Shown: in pieces, positions 8,881 to 18,491 of the stretch
Position numbering within the stretch: the first letter of the stretch is position 1
How the letters are laid out: each line of letters begins with the position of its first letter
Source of the DNA: Steroidobacteraceae bacterium
Lineage (GTDB): Bacteria > Pseudomonadota > Gammaproteobacteria > Steroidobacterales > Steroidobacteraceae
Reading direction: 5' to 3'
Length of the DNA stretch: 64,000 bases
Assembly: GCA_039929265.1 (NCBI GenBank)
Contig: JBDSRN010000067.1
Coordinates: forward strand, 1,033-65,032
Notes under the pieces: generated by a model
Told to the model about the DNA's origin: nothing
Databases searched by the model: none
Seen by the model: only the letters and a program-made list of their open reading frames with translations
Translations under genes and position numbers: made by a program

Positions 8881-11119
8881 CCTGATCCTTGCGCAGCTTC
8901 TGGTCCTGCTGTGCGCCCCCGCGCTGGCCACGCAGATCGACTACGACCCGCGCCGTCCGGAAGTGCTGCGCCCGTGCGATGAACTTGCGCTCCATGGCCA
9001 GAAGCCCGAGGCGCGCGAGTGCTACGGGCGCTTGCTCGCTGGCGAACGGGTGGATCCCCTGATCCGGGCAGAAATCGCCTGGAGCAACGACGATCCGCGT
9101 TCCGCGAACGATTACTACCGCGATGCGCAGCGCGGTGCATTCGCGGAGTACGCACGGGTACGCCGCGCTCGCCTGTATCTGGAGACGCATCAGTACGCCG
9201 ACGCGGTCGAGCTGCTGCAGGAGGCGGCGAAGCTCGCGCCGCAAGACCCCGAGGTGAAGCTCGCGATGGCGCAGCTGTTCGCCGACCAGTTCGAAGGGCA
9301 GGCGAAGCTGCTGCTGGAAGAGCTGCTGAAAGCAGACGAGAACATGATCGGCGCGCAGGTCCTGTCGGCGCGCATGAACATCGACGAGGGCAAGTCCGAG
9401 CTCGCCGAGCGCGCGCTCGATCGTGCGCAGCGCGGCATCGAACAGCGCAAGCTCGCGCCGCTGGAGCTGCACACGCTGCGCGCAGCGCTCGAGCTCACAC
9501 GCGGCGAGACGCTGCGCGGTCCCTGGGTGGAGCGTGCGCTCGCGTACAACCCGCGCTATGGCGACATCTTCGCCGAGCTCGGGCGAGTGGAGATCATGCG
9601 GCGCCGCTATGCCGAGGCGAACGTGTATCTGCAGCGCGCCGTCGATCTGCAGCCTGATCTGTGGGTGGCACATGCGGAACTGGGCGCGAACCTGTTGCGA
9701 CTGGGGCGCATCGAGGAGGCGCGCCGGCATCTCGTGCAGGCGTACGCGGGCGATCCGTTCAGCGCTTCCACCGTCAACACGCTGCGCCTCCTGGATCGCA
9801 GCGAGGATTTCGATCTGGTGAGCCTGCCGGATCTAAAGCTGCAGCTCGCGCGCAAGGAGACAGCGGTATTGCAGCCGTATGCGACGCTGCTCACGCGGCA
9901 GGCGATCGAGACCTTCTCGGCGCGCTACAGATTCAAGCCCACACAACCGATCACCGTGGAGATCTACCCTGATCACGACGACTTCGCAGTACGCACTGCG
10001 GGCCTCCCGGGCATCGGCCTGCTCGGCGTGACGTTCGGTTACCTGGTCGCGATGGACAGTCCCTCCGGACGCCAGGCCGGTGAATTCCACTGGGGCAGCA
10101 CGCTGTGGCACGAGCTGGCGCACGTGTACACGCTGTCGATGACGGGACATCGCGTGCCGCGCTGGCTGAGTGAAGGCGTGTCGGTATTCGAGGAATGGCG
10201 CACCGGACCGACGCCCGGGGTCAACGTGCCGCCGTCGACGCTGGTGGCATTCAGCGAGGGCAAGTTCCTGCCGATCGACTCGCTCGACTCAGGCTTCATC
10301 CGCCCGCAGTACGCCGGCCAGGTGCAGGTCTCGTACATGCAGGCCGGCCTCACATGCTATTTCATCGAGCAGCGCTTCGGCTTCGACAGGCTGGTGGCGT
10401 TGCTCAACGCCTTCCAGACGCGCAACAACACGGCCGCCGCAGTTCAGAGTGCGCTGGGCATCGCGCCGCGCGCCTTCGACAAGCAGTTCGAGGCCTTCGT
10501 GCGCGAGCGCTACGCCCCGATGCTGAACGCCCCGCAGGAATTCACGCGTGCAATGCGCGCGGCAAATGAAGCGCTCGACAAAGAACAGTGGAACGTTGCC
10601 ATCGACGATGCACGCAAAGCCGTGCAGCTGTACCCCGAACACATCGGGGCCGACAGTCCGCATCTCATGCTCGCGAAGGCGCTGGAGCGCAGCGGTCAGC
10701 GCGGGCCGGCGCTCGATGCGCTGCTGGCGTATCGCAAGGCCGGTGGCTGGAATCCCGAGGCGCTGCGTCAGCTCGCCACCTGGCTCGGCGATGCGAAGCG
10801 CGATGGCGAAGCCACCGAGGTATTGCTCGCGGTGAACTACGTTGACCCTTTCGAGGTCACCGGACATGCCCAGCTCGGCGAGCGCCTGCTTGCGCAGAAG
10901 CGCGATGCGGACGCCTTGCGCGAATTCCAGGTGCTCAACGCCATCGGTCCGCACGACAGGACCGCTGCCAATTTCGGCCTCGCGCGCGCACGCTACGGCA
11001 CCGGCGACTTCGTCGGCAGCCAGCGCGCCGTGCTCGAAGCACTGGAAACAGCCCCACACTACGCACCGGCGCAGGAATTCCTGCTCAGACTCGTTGAGGA
11101 GCGACGCAAAAATGAATGA
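8873..11119 (+). CDS. secreted TPR-repeat protein with central MA-clan gluzincin (Peptidase_MA_2-like) domain
   Basis: GTG 8873 overlaps the upstream gene by 8 nt and gives the signal peptide VRNLILAQLLVLLCAPALATQ. HELAH lies at 10109-10123 and is followed 12 residues later by WLSEG, resembling the M1-type HExxH…WLxEG arrangement. TPR-like helical repeats lie on both sides. Confidence 0.7.
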   Translation: MRNLILAQLLVLLCAPALATQIDYDPRRPEVLRPCDELALHGQKPEARECYGRLLAGERVDPLIRAEIAWSNDDPRSANDYYRDAQRGAFAEYARVRRARLYLETHQYADAVELLQEAAKLAPQDPEVKLAMAQLFADQFEGQAKLLLEELLKADENMIGAQVLSARMNIDEGKSELAERALDRAQRGIEQRKLAPLELHTLRAALELTRGETLRGPWVERALAYNPRYGDIFAELGRVEIMRRRYAEANVYLQRAVDLQPDLWVAHAELGANLLRLGRIEEARRHLVQAYAGDPFSASTVNTLRLLDRSEDFDLVSLPDLKLQLARKETAVLQPYATLLTRQAIETFSARYRFKPTQPITVEIYPDHDDFAVRTAGLPGIGLLGVTFGYLVAMDSPSGRQAGEFHWGSTLWHELAHVYTLSMTGHRVPRWLSEGVSVFEEWRTGPTPGVNVPPSTLVAFSEGKFLPIDSLDSGFIRPQYAGQVQVSYMQAGLTCYFIEQRFGFDRLVALLNAFQTRNNTAAAVQSALGIAPRAFDKQFEAFVRERYAPMLNAPQEFTRAMRAANEALDKEQWNVAIDDARKAVQLYPEHIGADSPHLMLAKALERSGQRGPALDALLAYRKAGGWNPEALRQLATWLGDAKRDGEATEVLLAVNYVDPFEVTGHAQLGERLLAQKRDADALREFQVLNAIGPHDRTAANFGLARARYGTGDFVGSQRAVLEALETAPHYAPAQEFLLRLVEERRKNE

Positions 11120-12101
11120 TGATGCCAGCGCACTGGTCCAGACCTTCAACGATCGCATGAATGCCATACGCACGCAGGTGCGCCGAGTCATCGTGGGCCA
11201 GGACGACGTGGTCGAGCATCTGCTGCTCACGCTGCTTGTCGGCGGTCACTGCCTCATCACCGGCATGCCGGGCACCGCGAAGACGCTGCTGGTGCGCACG
11301 CTGTCCGACGCGCTCGGGCTCACCTTCAAGCGCATCCAGTTCACGCCTGACCTCATGCCGAGCGATGTCACCGGCACCGATATCATCGAGGAGGACCAGG
11401 CGACCGGCCAGCGTCGCTGGAGCTTCGTACCCGGACCGCTGTTTGCGAACGTAGTGCTTGCCGACGAAGTAAATCGCACGCCGCCGAAGACGCAGGCCGC
11501 GCTGCTCGAGGCGATGCAGGAGCTCACCGTGTCCGTGCGTGGCACGACGCACCAGCTCTCGCCGCCGTTCTTCGTGCTCGCGACGCAGAATCCCATTGAG
11601 CTCGAGGGCACCTATCCATTGCCCGAAGCGCAGCTGGATCGATTTCTCTTCAATGTGCTGCTCGACTACCTCGCGGTCGAGGACGAAATGGAAGTCGTCG
11701 AGCGCAACACCACGCGCACGAGCCCGCTGGTGATCGAGCCCTGCACCAACGCCGAGGAGATCATGAATTTCCAGTGGCTGGTGCGTCAGGTACCGGTGGC
11801 GGAAGAGATTCGCCGCGCCGCCGTGAACCTGGTGCGCGCCACGCGACCTGCGGAACCCGGCGCGCCGGAATCGGTGAAGAAATACGTGCGTTATGGCGCG
11901 AGCGTGCGCGCAACACAGTTCCTGTGCCTGGCAGCGAAGGCGCGCGCCTTGGTGGCCGGCCGCTATCACGTCACGCTTGAGGATCTGCACACGCTCGCGC
12001 CGCCGATCCTGCGGCATCGCGTGCTGACCAACTATCAGGCGGAGTCCGACGGCGTGAACGTCGATTCAGTGCTGCGTGACGTGATTGCCACGCAAGGCTG
12101 A
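11112..12101 (+). CDS. MoxR-family AAA+ ATPase
   Basis: MNDDASALVQTFNDRMNAIRTQVRRVIVGQDDVVEHLLLTLLVGGHCLITGMPGTAKT (Walker A), …VLADEVNRTPPKTQAALLEAMQE (Walker B/sensor). ATG 11112 overlaps the upstream stop (ATGAATGA). The track ORF start at 10842 is an out-of-gene extension. Confidence 0.9.
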   Translation: MNDDASALVQTFNDRMNAIRTQVRRVIVGQDDVVEHLLLTLLVGGHCLITGMPGTAKTLLVRTLSDALGLTFKRIQFTPDLMPSDVTGTDIIEEDQATGQRRWSFVPGPLFANVVLADEVNRTPPKTQAALLEAMQELTVSVRGTTHQLSPPFFVLATQNPIELEGTYPLPEAQLDRFLFNVLLDYLAVEDEMEVVERNTTRTSPLVIEPCTNAEEIMNFQWLVRQVPVAEEIRRAAVNLVRATRPAEPGAPESVKKYVRYGASVRATQFLCLAAKARALVAGRYHVTLEDLHTLAPPILRHRVLTNYQAESDGVNVDSVLRDVIATQG

Positions 12102-13005
12102 AGTACCAGTGCAGTCAGTCCCGCCACAGCTGCTCACACCGGCGACGCTCGCGAGTCTCGCGAACCTCGAGCTGGTCGCGCGCACGGCAGTGGAAGGCTT
12201 CCTCGTCGGACTGCACCGCTCACCGCGATTCGGTTTCAGCCAGGAGTTCAAGGAGTATCGCGCGTACGTGGAAGGCGACGATCCCCGCTTCGTCGACTGG
12301 AATGTGTTCGCCCGCACCGAGCGCACCTACATACGCCGCTACGAAGGCGAAACCAACACGCGACTGATGATCACGATGGATGCGAGCGCGTCGATGGGCT
12401 ACGGCTCGCACTCGGTGACCAAGCTTGGTTACGCGAAATTTCTCGCGGCGGCGCTCGCCTATCTCGCCTCGCGCCAGCACGATCCCGCCGGCCTCATCGT
12501 GTTCGACAGCACGGTTCGGGAGTTTCGCCCGCCGTCGGCGCGCGCCGGATCGTTGAGCGGCATGATCCACGCCATTGATGCCGTGCAGGCGGGTGGCAGC
12601 ACCAATCTCACCGAATCGTTCCGCGCGTTTCACGAGCATGTCTCGCGTCGCGGGCTGGTCGCCGTGATTTCCGACCTGTACTGCGATCCGGCCGCGCTCG
12701 CGCGCGCTGTGCAGCCGCTCGCCTATCACGGCTCCGACATCATGATCTTCCAGATCCTCGATCCGCGGGAGCTCAAGCCGGATTGGAATGAGTCCGTAAT
12801 CCTGGAAGATCTGGAGAGCGGCGAGGCGTTGAACGTTGCACCCGATTATTTCCGCGACAAATATGGCGCACGCCTGCAGGCGCACCTCGACTCGTTGCGC
12901 CGTGCCGCGGCAGGCGTCGGTGCACAGCAGATGCTCATGTCCACCGCCGAGCCGCTGGACAAGGCGCTGCATCGCTATCTGTCGTTCCGCCAAGGGCGTC
13001 CGTAG
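12085..13005 (+). CDS. DUF58 domain protein (vWA-like partner of MoxR)
   Basis: …GLHRSPRFGFSQEFKEYRAYVEGDDPRFVDWNVFARTERTYIRRYEGE… is the DUF58 signature. MIDAS DASAS at 12379-12393. The start is either ATG 12085 (17-nt overlap) or GTG 12109. Confidence 0.85.
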   Translation: MPRKAEVPVQSVPPQLLTPATLASLANLELVARTAVEGFLVGLHRSPRFGFSQEFKEYRAYVEGDDPRFVDWNVFARTERTYIRRYEGETNTRLMITMDASASMGYGSHSVTKLGYAKFLAAALAYLASRQHDPAGLIVFDSTVREFRPPSARAGSLSGMIHAIDAVQAGGSTNLTESFRAFHEHVSRRGLVAVISDLYCDPAALARAVQPLAYHGSDIMIFQILDPRELKPDWNESVILEDLESGEALNVAPDYFRDKYGARLQAHLDSLRRAAAGVGAQQMLMSTAEPLDKALHRYLSFRQGRP

Positions 13006-14979
13006 ATGTTTCTCGCGCCCTGGTTCCTCCTCGGCGTGCTCGGCATCGCGTTGCCGCTTTGGTTGCATCGCATCGTGCGCGAAAACCGCACGCGCCAGGC
13101 GTTCGCTTCATCCATGTTGCTGGAGGCGAGTCAGACGCAGCGCACGGCGCAGCGCCAGTTGCGTTACTGGGTGCTGCTCGCCCTGCGCATCGCGCTGCTC
13201 GTGATTCTCGCGCTCGCCTTCGCGCAACCGCTGCTGCCGTCGCGCGCCGCCGCGGAACTCGCGCGCCCGCAGTTGCAGGCGATCGTGATCGACAGCTCGT
13301 TGTCGATGCAGTCGGGCGGGCGCTGGCAAAGTGCGCTCGATGCAGCGCGCACGCTGCTCGAGAACACACGCAGCCCGGATCGCGTCATGCTCGTGAGCGC
13401 GTCGGGCGATCGCATGCAAATACTGGGCGGCCCGGTTGCAGCCAGCGATGCAGGCACCCTGCGCGCAGCGCTCGGGAGCTTGCAGCCCGGCGCCGCTCGG
13501 CTCGACTACGGTCTGCTCATGCGTACCGCCGGAAGCTGGCTCGGCAACAGCAATGGCGCCAGTGAGCAGACCATCACGCTGCACCTCATCACCGATCTGC
13601 AGCGCAGCGGCGGACCGTTGCGCTTCGCCGACCTGCAGCCGCCGGCCGCGACTCGGCTGCAACTGCACGAGGTCGCGGGTACAGCGGTCAGCGGCAATGC
13701 CTGGATCGAGCGCCTCGGTCTTTCGAGCCAGGACAGTCGCCAGGTGCGCGTGCGTGCGGCGGGCAATCTCGCGCCCGGTCGCGAGGCGGTGCTGTTCATC
13801 GACGGGCGCGAGCGCGAGCGGCGCCCCCTGCTGCAGGCGGAACTCCTGTTCGCACCGCAGCGGCTGTCCGCCGGCATGCATCGCGTCGAGGTGCGCCTGT
13901 CGCCTGCCGATGAACTGCCGCAGGATGACGCGCGCTTCGCGGTGATCCGGGCGGGCGATGTCGCCGTCCTGCTGCTCGCAGCCGACCCGAATGGTGACGA
14001 CGCAGCCTATTTCTCCGCTGCAGTGGCTTCGGTGAACCGTCCGCGACTGCGCGTGTTGCGCGCCACGCCGCAGACGCTCGCGCCCGGCGCATTCGATTCT
14101 CCGGCGATGATCGTCGTCTCCGATACGGGCCTGCTCAGCACCGGCGCCGTGACGCGACTGCGCGAGCGCCTGCAGGCGGGCGGCACCGTGCTCGCTACGC
14201 TCGGCCCGCGCGCCGTGAGTCGTGGCAGCGATCCGCTCTCCGGCCTCGCGCTGCGCAACGCGGGCAGCGCGACGGTGCGGGTCGGCAGCGTGGACGACAG
14301 TCATCCCGTGCTGCGCGAGGCGCAGGACTGGCGCGCCGCGCGCTTCTTCCGCCACCTGCTGCTCACGCCGGCGGCGGACGACAAGGTGCTGATCGCACTC
14401 GAGGACGGCGCGCCGCTGCTGCTCGAACGTCGCTACGGCAATGGCCGGCTGCTGCTGCTCACCGCGCCACTCGACCGCGACTGGAACGATCTGGCGATTT
14501 ACCCGTTGTTCGTGCGATTCATATCCGATGCCGCGCGCTATCTCAGCGGCGATGCGCAGAGCCCCGATGCGCTCGTCGGCACCCCGTTTGCGGCCGGGTT
14601 GACCGGAACCTCCGAAGGTCAGATATTCGATCCGGAGGGCCGGCCCGCGCTGTCCCTGTCTGCCACGGGTACCGCAGCCCGCGTGCTGCCGGCGTCGCCG
14701 GGCTTCTACGAGATCCGCGGCAACGAACAGACGAGGTGGCTCGCGGTGAACGTCGATCCGCGCGAATCCGATCTCAGCCCCCTGGATGCGGCAGCGGTCG
14801 CGCGCTGGCAGGCGCTGCGCCCCCGCGTCGCTGCGCGCTCCAACGCTGCCTCCGGCGACGTGCCCGCCGCGCCGGTGTCAGTCGGACGCTGGCTGCTGTG
14901 GGGGCTTGCGGCACTCGCCCTCGCCGAACTGCTGTTCGCAAACCGGCATCTGCGGGTGCGTCGCGAAGTGGCCCAATGA
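13006..14979 (+). CDS. BatA_N / TIGR02226-type N-terminal double-TM protein with vWA-like MIDAS
   Basis: MFLAPWFLLGVLGIALPLWLHRI…RYWVLLALRIALLVILALAFAQP has the aerotolerance-regulator N-terminal architecture. DSSLS at 13291-13305. C-terminal TM helix. The ATG abuts the upstream TAG. Confidence 0.75.
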   Translation: MFLAPWFLLGVLGIALPLWLHRIVRENRTRQAFASSMLLEASQTQRTAQRQLRYWVLLALRIALLVILALAFAQPLLPSRAAAELARPQLQAIVIDSSLSMQSGGRWQSALDAARTLLENTRSPDRVMLVSASGDRMQILGGPVAASDAGTLRAALGSLQPGAARLDYGLLMRTAGSWLGNSNGASEQTITLHLITDLQRSGGPLRFADLQPPAATRLQLHEVAGTAVSGNAWIERLGLSSQDSRQVRVRAAGNLAPGREAVLFIDGRERERRPLLQAELLFAPQRLSAGMHRVEVRLSPADELPQDDARFAVIRAGDVAVLLLAADPNGDDAAYFSAAVASVNRPRLRVLRATPQTLAPGAFDSPAMIVVSDTGLLSTGAVTRLRERLQAGGTVLATLGPRAVSRGSDPLSGLALRNAGSATVRVGSVDDSHPVLREAQDWRAARFFRHLLLTPAADDKVLIALEDGAPLLLERRYGNGRLLLLTAPLDRDWNDLAIYPLFVRFISDAARYLSGDAQSPDALVGTPFAAGLTGTSEGQIFDPEGRPALSLSATGTAARVLPASPGFYEIRGNEQTRWLAVNVDPRESDLSPLDAAAVARWQALRPRVAARSNAASGDVPAAPVSVGRWLLWGLAALALAELLFANRHLRVRREVAQ

Positions 14980-17900
14980 GCGCGGCCGCCACACTCGACG
15001 GGTACATCGCCGCCGCACGACGCAATCTGCGCGCGCTCATCTGGTCACGCGCGGGCGCGGCCAGCGGCATCGGCATTCTTCTATTGAGCGTCGCCGCGGT
15101 GTGGTTCCTGCAGCGTCGCGGCTTTCCCGAAACGCAGGTGTGGCTATGGCGCGGCGTGCTCGCGCTGCTGCTGCTGGGCATCGCGACGATCCTCCTGTGG
15201 CGCCCGCTGCAACGGCTCGCGCGTGCGCACGGCGCGAACGAGCTCGAAGCTCGTTCGCCCGAGCAGCAGGGTCGCATCGTCACATACATGGAACAGCGCC
15301 AGCGCGGCGAGCCCTCGCTCTTCACCGAGCTGCTGGCGCAGGATGCACTGAACGTCGCGGCGCGCGAAGCACCAACGCCTCTGCTGCGACGAGCGCTGCC
15401 GTTCGCGGCAGTCGCAGTCGTGAGTGTCGCGGTGATTGCCGCGCTGATGTTTTCGGGAAAAGCCGGCTGGGGTTATGGCACGCGTCACCTGCTGCTCGGC
15501 ACCGCGCTGCCTGCCGACGCCGCCTCGCTGCGCAGCCTGCGCGTGTTGCCCGGCAACGCGACCCTGCGTCGCAACGCGGATCTGCGCGTCACGGCTGCCG
15601 CGCGTGGCTTCGATCCGGATTCGGCGCAGCTCATGGTGCGCTTTGACGATGCAAAGGAGTGGGAGCACGCGCAGATGCGCGCCCGCGGCGATGGCAACTT
15701 CGAGTTCACGCTGTTCGCACTGCACGGGCCGCTGCGCTATCGCGTGAATGCTGCCGGTGTAGAGAGCGTCGAGCATGTCGTGAATGTGGTGGAGGCACCG
15801 CGCATCGACGGGCTGAAGCTCACGTATCACTATCCCGAGTGGACCGGGCTCGAAAATCACATGGAAGATGCCTCCCGTGATATCCGCGCCGTTGCCGGCA
15901 CCGCGGTCGATGTGGAGATCCTCTCGAGCGTACCGCTCACCGCGCCGGTCCTGCTGCTGGACCAGGATCAGCCGACGCGTACACAGTCCTCGCTGCAGTC
16001 CGACGGCACGCGCAGCACCGGACGTATCGACGTGACCCGGCCGGGGCGCTATCGCATCGCCGCGCGCGTCGCCAACGAGATCGTGCCGTTGAGCGACGAG
16101 TACGAGATCGAGGTGTTGCCAGACCACAAGCCCACCATCGAGATCGTGAAGCCGGGTCGCGACGCGCGCGCAAGCAGTATCGAGGAAGTGCCGGTGCGCG
16201 TGCGCGCCGAAGACGATTTCAAGCTGCGCGACGTGGAGCTGCGCTACGCGGTGAACGGCGGCAAGTGGGAGGCTGTGAACCTCGCGCGCGGCAAGAAGAC
16301 GGCCGAAGACACGACGTTGCTGCGCCTCGAGGAGGTCGCAGGCAAGACGCCGCTGCAGCCCGGGGATCTCGTCAGCTACTACGCTGTCGCGCGTGATCAC
16401 CAGCAGAGCGTGCAGACCGACCTGTACATGGTGCAGGTGCAAGCCTTCGACCGGCGCTTCACGCAGGGCGGGGAGGGTGGCGCACAAGGCGGTGGCGGCG
16501 CCGCCGAAGAGCAGAACGCGATCTCCGAGCGCCAGCGCGAGATCCTGCTCGCCACCTGGAATCTGCAGCGGGAGCGCGATGCCGACGACAAGCGCGATGC
16601 CGCCTCCACGCAACGTCGCAATGACAGCTCGCGCATGCTCGGTGAGCTGCAATCGACGCTCGCACAGCAGACCCGCACGCTCGCCGAGCGCACCAAGGCG
16701 CGCGCTGGTGACGAGGATCCGCGGGTCGCGGAATTCCTCGGACATCTCGAGCACGCCGCGACCGCGATGCAACCGGCCGCCGCGCACCTGCAGGCACGCA
16801 AGCTCGACGAGGCGATTCCCGTGGAGCAGCAGGCGCTGCAGCATCTGCAACGCGCCGAGGCGACATTCCGCGACATCCAGGTCAGCCGGCAACAAGGTGG
16901 TGGCGCCGGTGGCAGCGGCCAGCAGGCCGGATCCGATCTGGCTGAGCTGTTCGAGCTCGAGATGGATCTCGAGAAGAACCAGTACGAAACCGAATCGCGC
17001 GGCGGCGCCGAGCAGGCTGCGAAGTCTCCCGAACTCGATGAGGCGCTGCGCAAGTTGAAGGAGCTCGCGGCGCGTCAGGAGAAGCTCGCGCAGGAAAGCG
17101 CTCGCCAGAACCAGACCGCGAAGGAACAGTCGCGCTGGCAGCAGGATCAGCTGCGACGCGAAGCCGAGGAGCTCAAGCGCAAGCTCGAGCAGCTCGCCCT
17201 CGAGGAGCGTCAGCAGCAGCAGGGCGGTTCGCAGTCGCGCAATGGCTCGCAGTCCGGTTCATCCACCGGCGACGCCAGTTCCCGGCAGGGCGCCGCGAGC
17301 GCCGCGCTCGAATCGCTGCAGCCCGCACTCGATCAGATGCGCAACGCCAATGCGCCGGGCACTGCAGAGCAGGCGGCGAGGCGCCTGCGCGAGGCGCTCG
17401 ACAAGGTCGATCGGGAACAGTCGGGCGGCGCACAGCTCGCTGCGTCGCTCTACAAGCTCGCGGATGAGGCCGATCGCATGTCAAAGACGCAGCGTGATGT
17501 GCAGCAGCAGCTGCAGGATGCGCTCAGCAAGTCGCAGCGACTGGAGCGCGACCGCGCGCTGGCGCTTGCTGATACGAAAGGGAAGCTGCTCGAGGAGCTG
17601 AACGCGTTGCAGGGTGAGCTGCGCGCGGCGCTCGCTCCAGGCAAGGATGCGCCGCAGACGCGACAGCGCGTCGGCGAGATTCTTGATGAGCTCGGCAAGT
17701 CCGGCGCCGCGACGCGTCTGGGTCGCAGCGCGGGTGAGCTGCAGTCCGGGCGCGCGCGCGAAGTCGCGCCGCGCGAGGGCCTCATCACCGAGGCGCTGGA
17801 AAGACTCGCCAAGGATCTGCACGACGCCTCGCGCAGCGCGGCGCGCGAAGCAGCGCAGGGCGATCAGTCCGCGTCACCCGAACAGTTGCTCGCAGAGATC

Positions 17901-18491
17901 GCGGAGTTGCGCACTGCGCTGGCCGATGCGCAATCGCGGCAGCAGCAGGGCCAAGGCCAGCGCCAGTCAGCGGGCCAGGGGCAGTCGCAATCTCAACGCG
18001 GTGCGCAGGGCAACGCACAAGGCGAGCAACAGGGCGGACAACCCGGCGCGTCCCCGGGGCAGGGCGGCGGCATGCCGGGTGCGGGCGGACTCGGTGCCTG
18101 GAATGCGATCGGCCGACAAGGTGGACCGCACGAAGGTTCCAGCACTCCGCAGGAGTTCGCGGGCCCGCTCGCCCCGCCGTCGCGCGAGCTGTCGCAGCTG
18201 TCGAATCAGCTCGAACAGCTCGAGTCAAAACTGCGCGCGGGCAATCTCAGTCGCGCGGAAATCGACGCGCTGCGCAGGCTCAATCGCGGCGTGCGCAATC
18301 TGCAGGCGGGCGAGCTTGCCGCGCGGGCCGATGCGGTGCGTCGCCTGGTGGAGCGCGTCGAGCTCGCCGCGCTCGCGGCTGCCAGGCAGGGCAGGCGTGA
18401 CACGCCGGCCAATGCATCACCGGCTGTGCACGAAGCACCCGCGCAGCGCGAAGCGTCTGAGGAGTATTACCGTCGTCTCGGGGGCAGCTGA
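14976..18491 (+). CDS. large membrane-anchored coiled-coil / Gln-Gly-rich low-complexity protein (DUF4175 / TIGR02302-like)
   Basis: ATG 14976 overlaps the upstream stop (ATGA). There are three N-terminal hydrophobic segments, a beta-rich middle, then long heptad-like Glu/Arg/Gln/Leu sequence with Gln/Gly/Ser tracts (17211-17291 and 17931-18098). This architecture matches the description of TIGR02302/DUF4175. The track start at 14736 lies inside the upstream gene. Confidence 0.65.
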   Translation: MSAAATLDGYIAAARRNLRALIWSRAGAASGIGILLLSVAAVWFLQRRGFPETQVWLWRGVLALLLLGIATILLWRPLQRLARAHGANELEARSPEQQGRIVTYMEQRQRGEPSLFTELLAQDALNVAAREAPTPLLRRALPFAAVAVVSVAVIAALMFSGKAGWGYGTRHLLLGTALPADAASLRSLRVLPGNATLRRNADLRVTAAARGFDPDSAQLMVRFDDAKEWEHAQMRARGDGNFEFTLFALHGPLRYRVNAAGVESVEHVVNVVEAPRIDGLKLTYHYPEWTGLENHMEDASRDIRAVAGTAVDVEILSSVPLTAPVLLLDQDQPTRTQSSLQSDGTRSTGRIDVTRPGRYRIAARVANEIVPLSDEYEIEVLPDHKPTIEIVKPGRDARASSIEEVPVRVRAEDDFKLRDVELRYAVNGGKWEAVNLARGKKTAEDTTLLRLEEVAGKTPLQPGDLVSYYAVARDHQQSVQTDLYMVQVQAFDRRFTQGGEGGAQGGGGAAEEQNAISERQREILLATWNLQRERDADDKRDAASTQRRNDSSRMLGELQSTLAQQTRTLAERTKARAGDEDPRVAEFLGHLEHAATAMQPAAAHLQARKLDEAIPVEQQALQHLQRAEATFRDIQVSRQQGGGAGGSGQQAGSDLAELFELEMDLEKNQYETESRGGAEQAAKSPELDEALRKLKELAARQEKLAQESARQNQTAKEQSRWQQDQLRREAEELKRKLEQLALEERQQQQGGSQSRNGSQSGSSTGDASSRQGAASAALESLQPALDQMRNANAPGTAEQAARRLREALDKVDREQSGGAQLAASLYKLADEADRMSKTQRDVQQQLQDALSKSQRLERDRALALADTKGKLLEELNALQGELRAALAPGKDAPQTRQRVGEILDELGKSGAATRLGRSAGELQSGRAREVAPREGLITEALERLAKDLHDASRSAAREAAQGDQSASPEQLLAEIAELRTALADAQSRQQQGQGQRQSAGQGQSQSQRGAQGNAQGEQQGGQPGASPGQGGGMPGAGGLGAWNAIGRQGGPHEGSSTPQEFAGPLAPPSRELSQLSNQLEQLESKLRAGNLSRAEIDALRRLNRGVRNLQAGELAARADAVRRLVERVELAALAAARQGRRDTPANASPAVHEAPAQREASEEYYRRLGGS

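Noticed and set aside
15144-16895. 583-aa ORF antisense to the DUF4175-like gene. Similar long antisense or shadow ORFs occur elsewhere, e.g. 860-2047, 5810-6913, 13108-14355, 22601-23995, 25821-26777, 31197-32363, 47514-48521 and 54494-56062.
   Set aside because: All of them lie opposite genes with unmistakable family signatures (glnA, atpA, ntrC, gpsA and others). They have Arg/Ala/Gly/His-dominated, motif-free translations and are the expected stop-codon-poor shadow frames of ~70% GC DNA.
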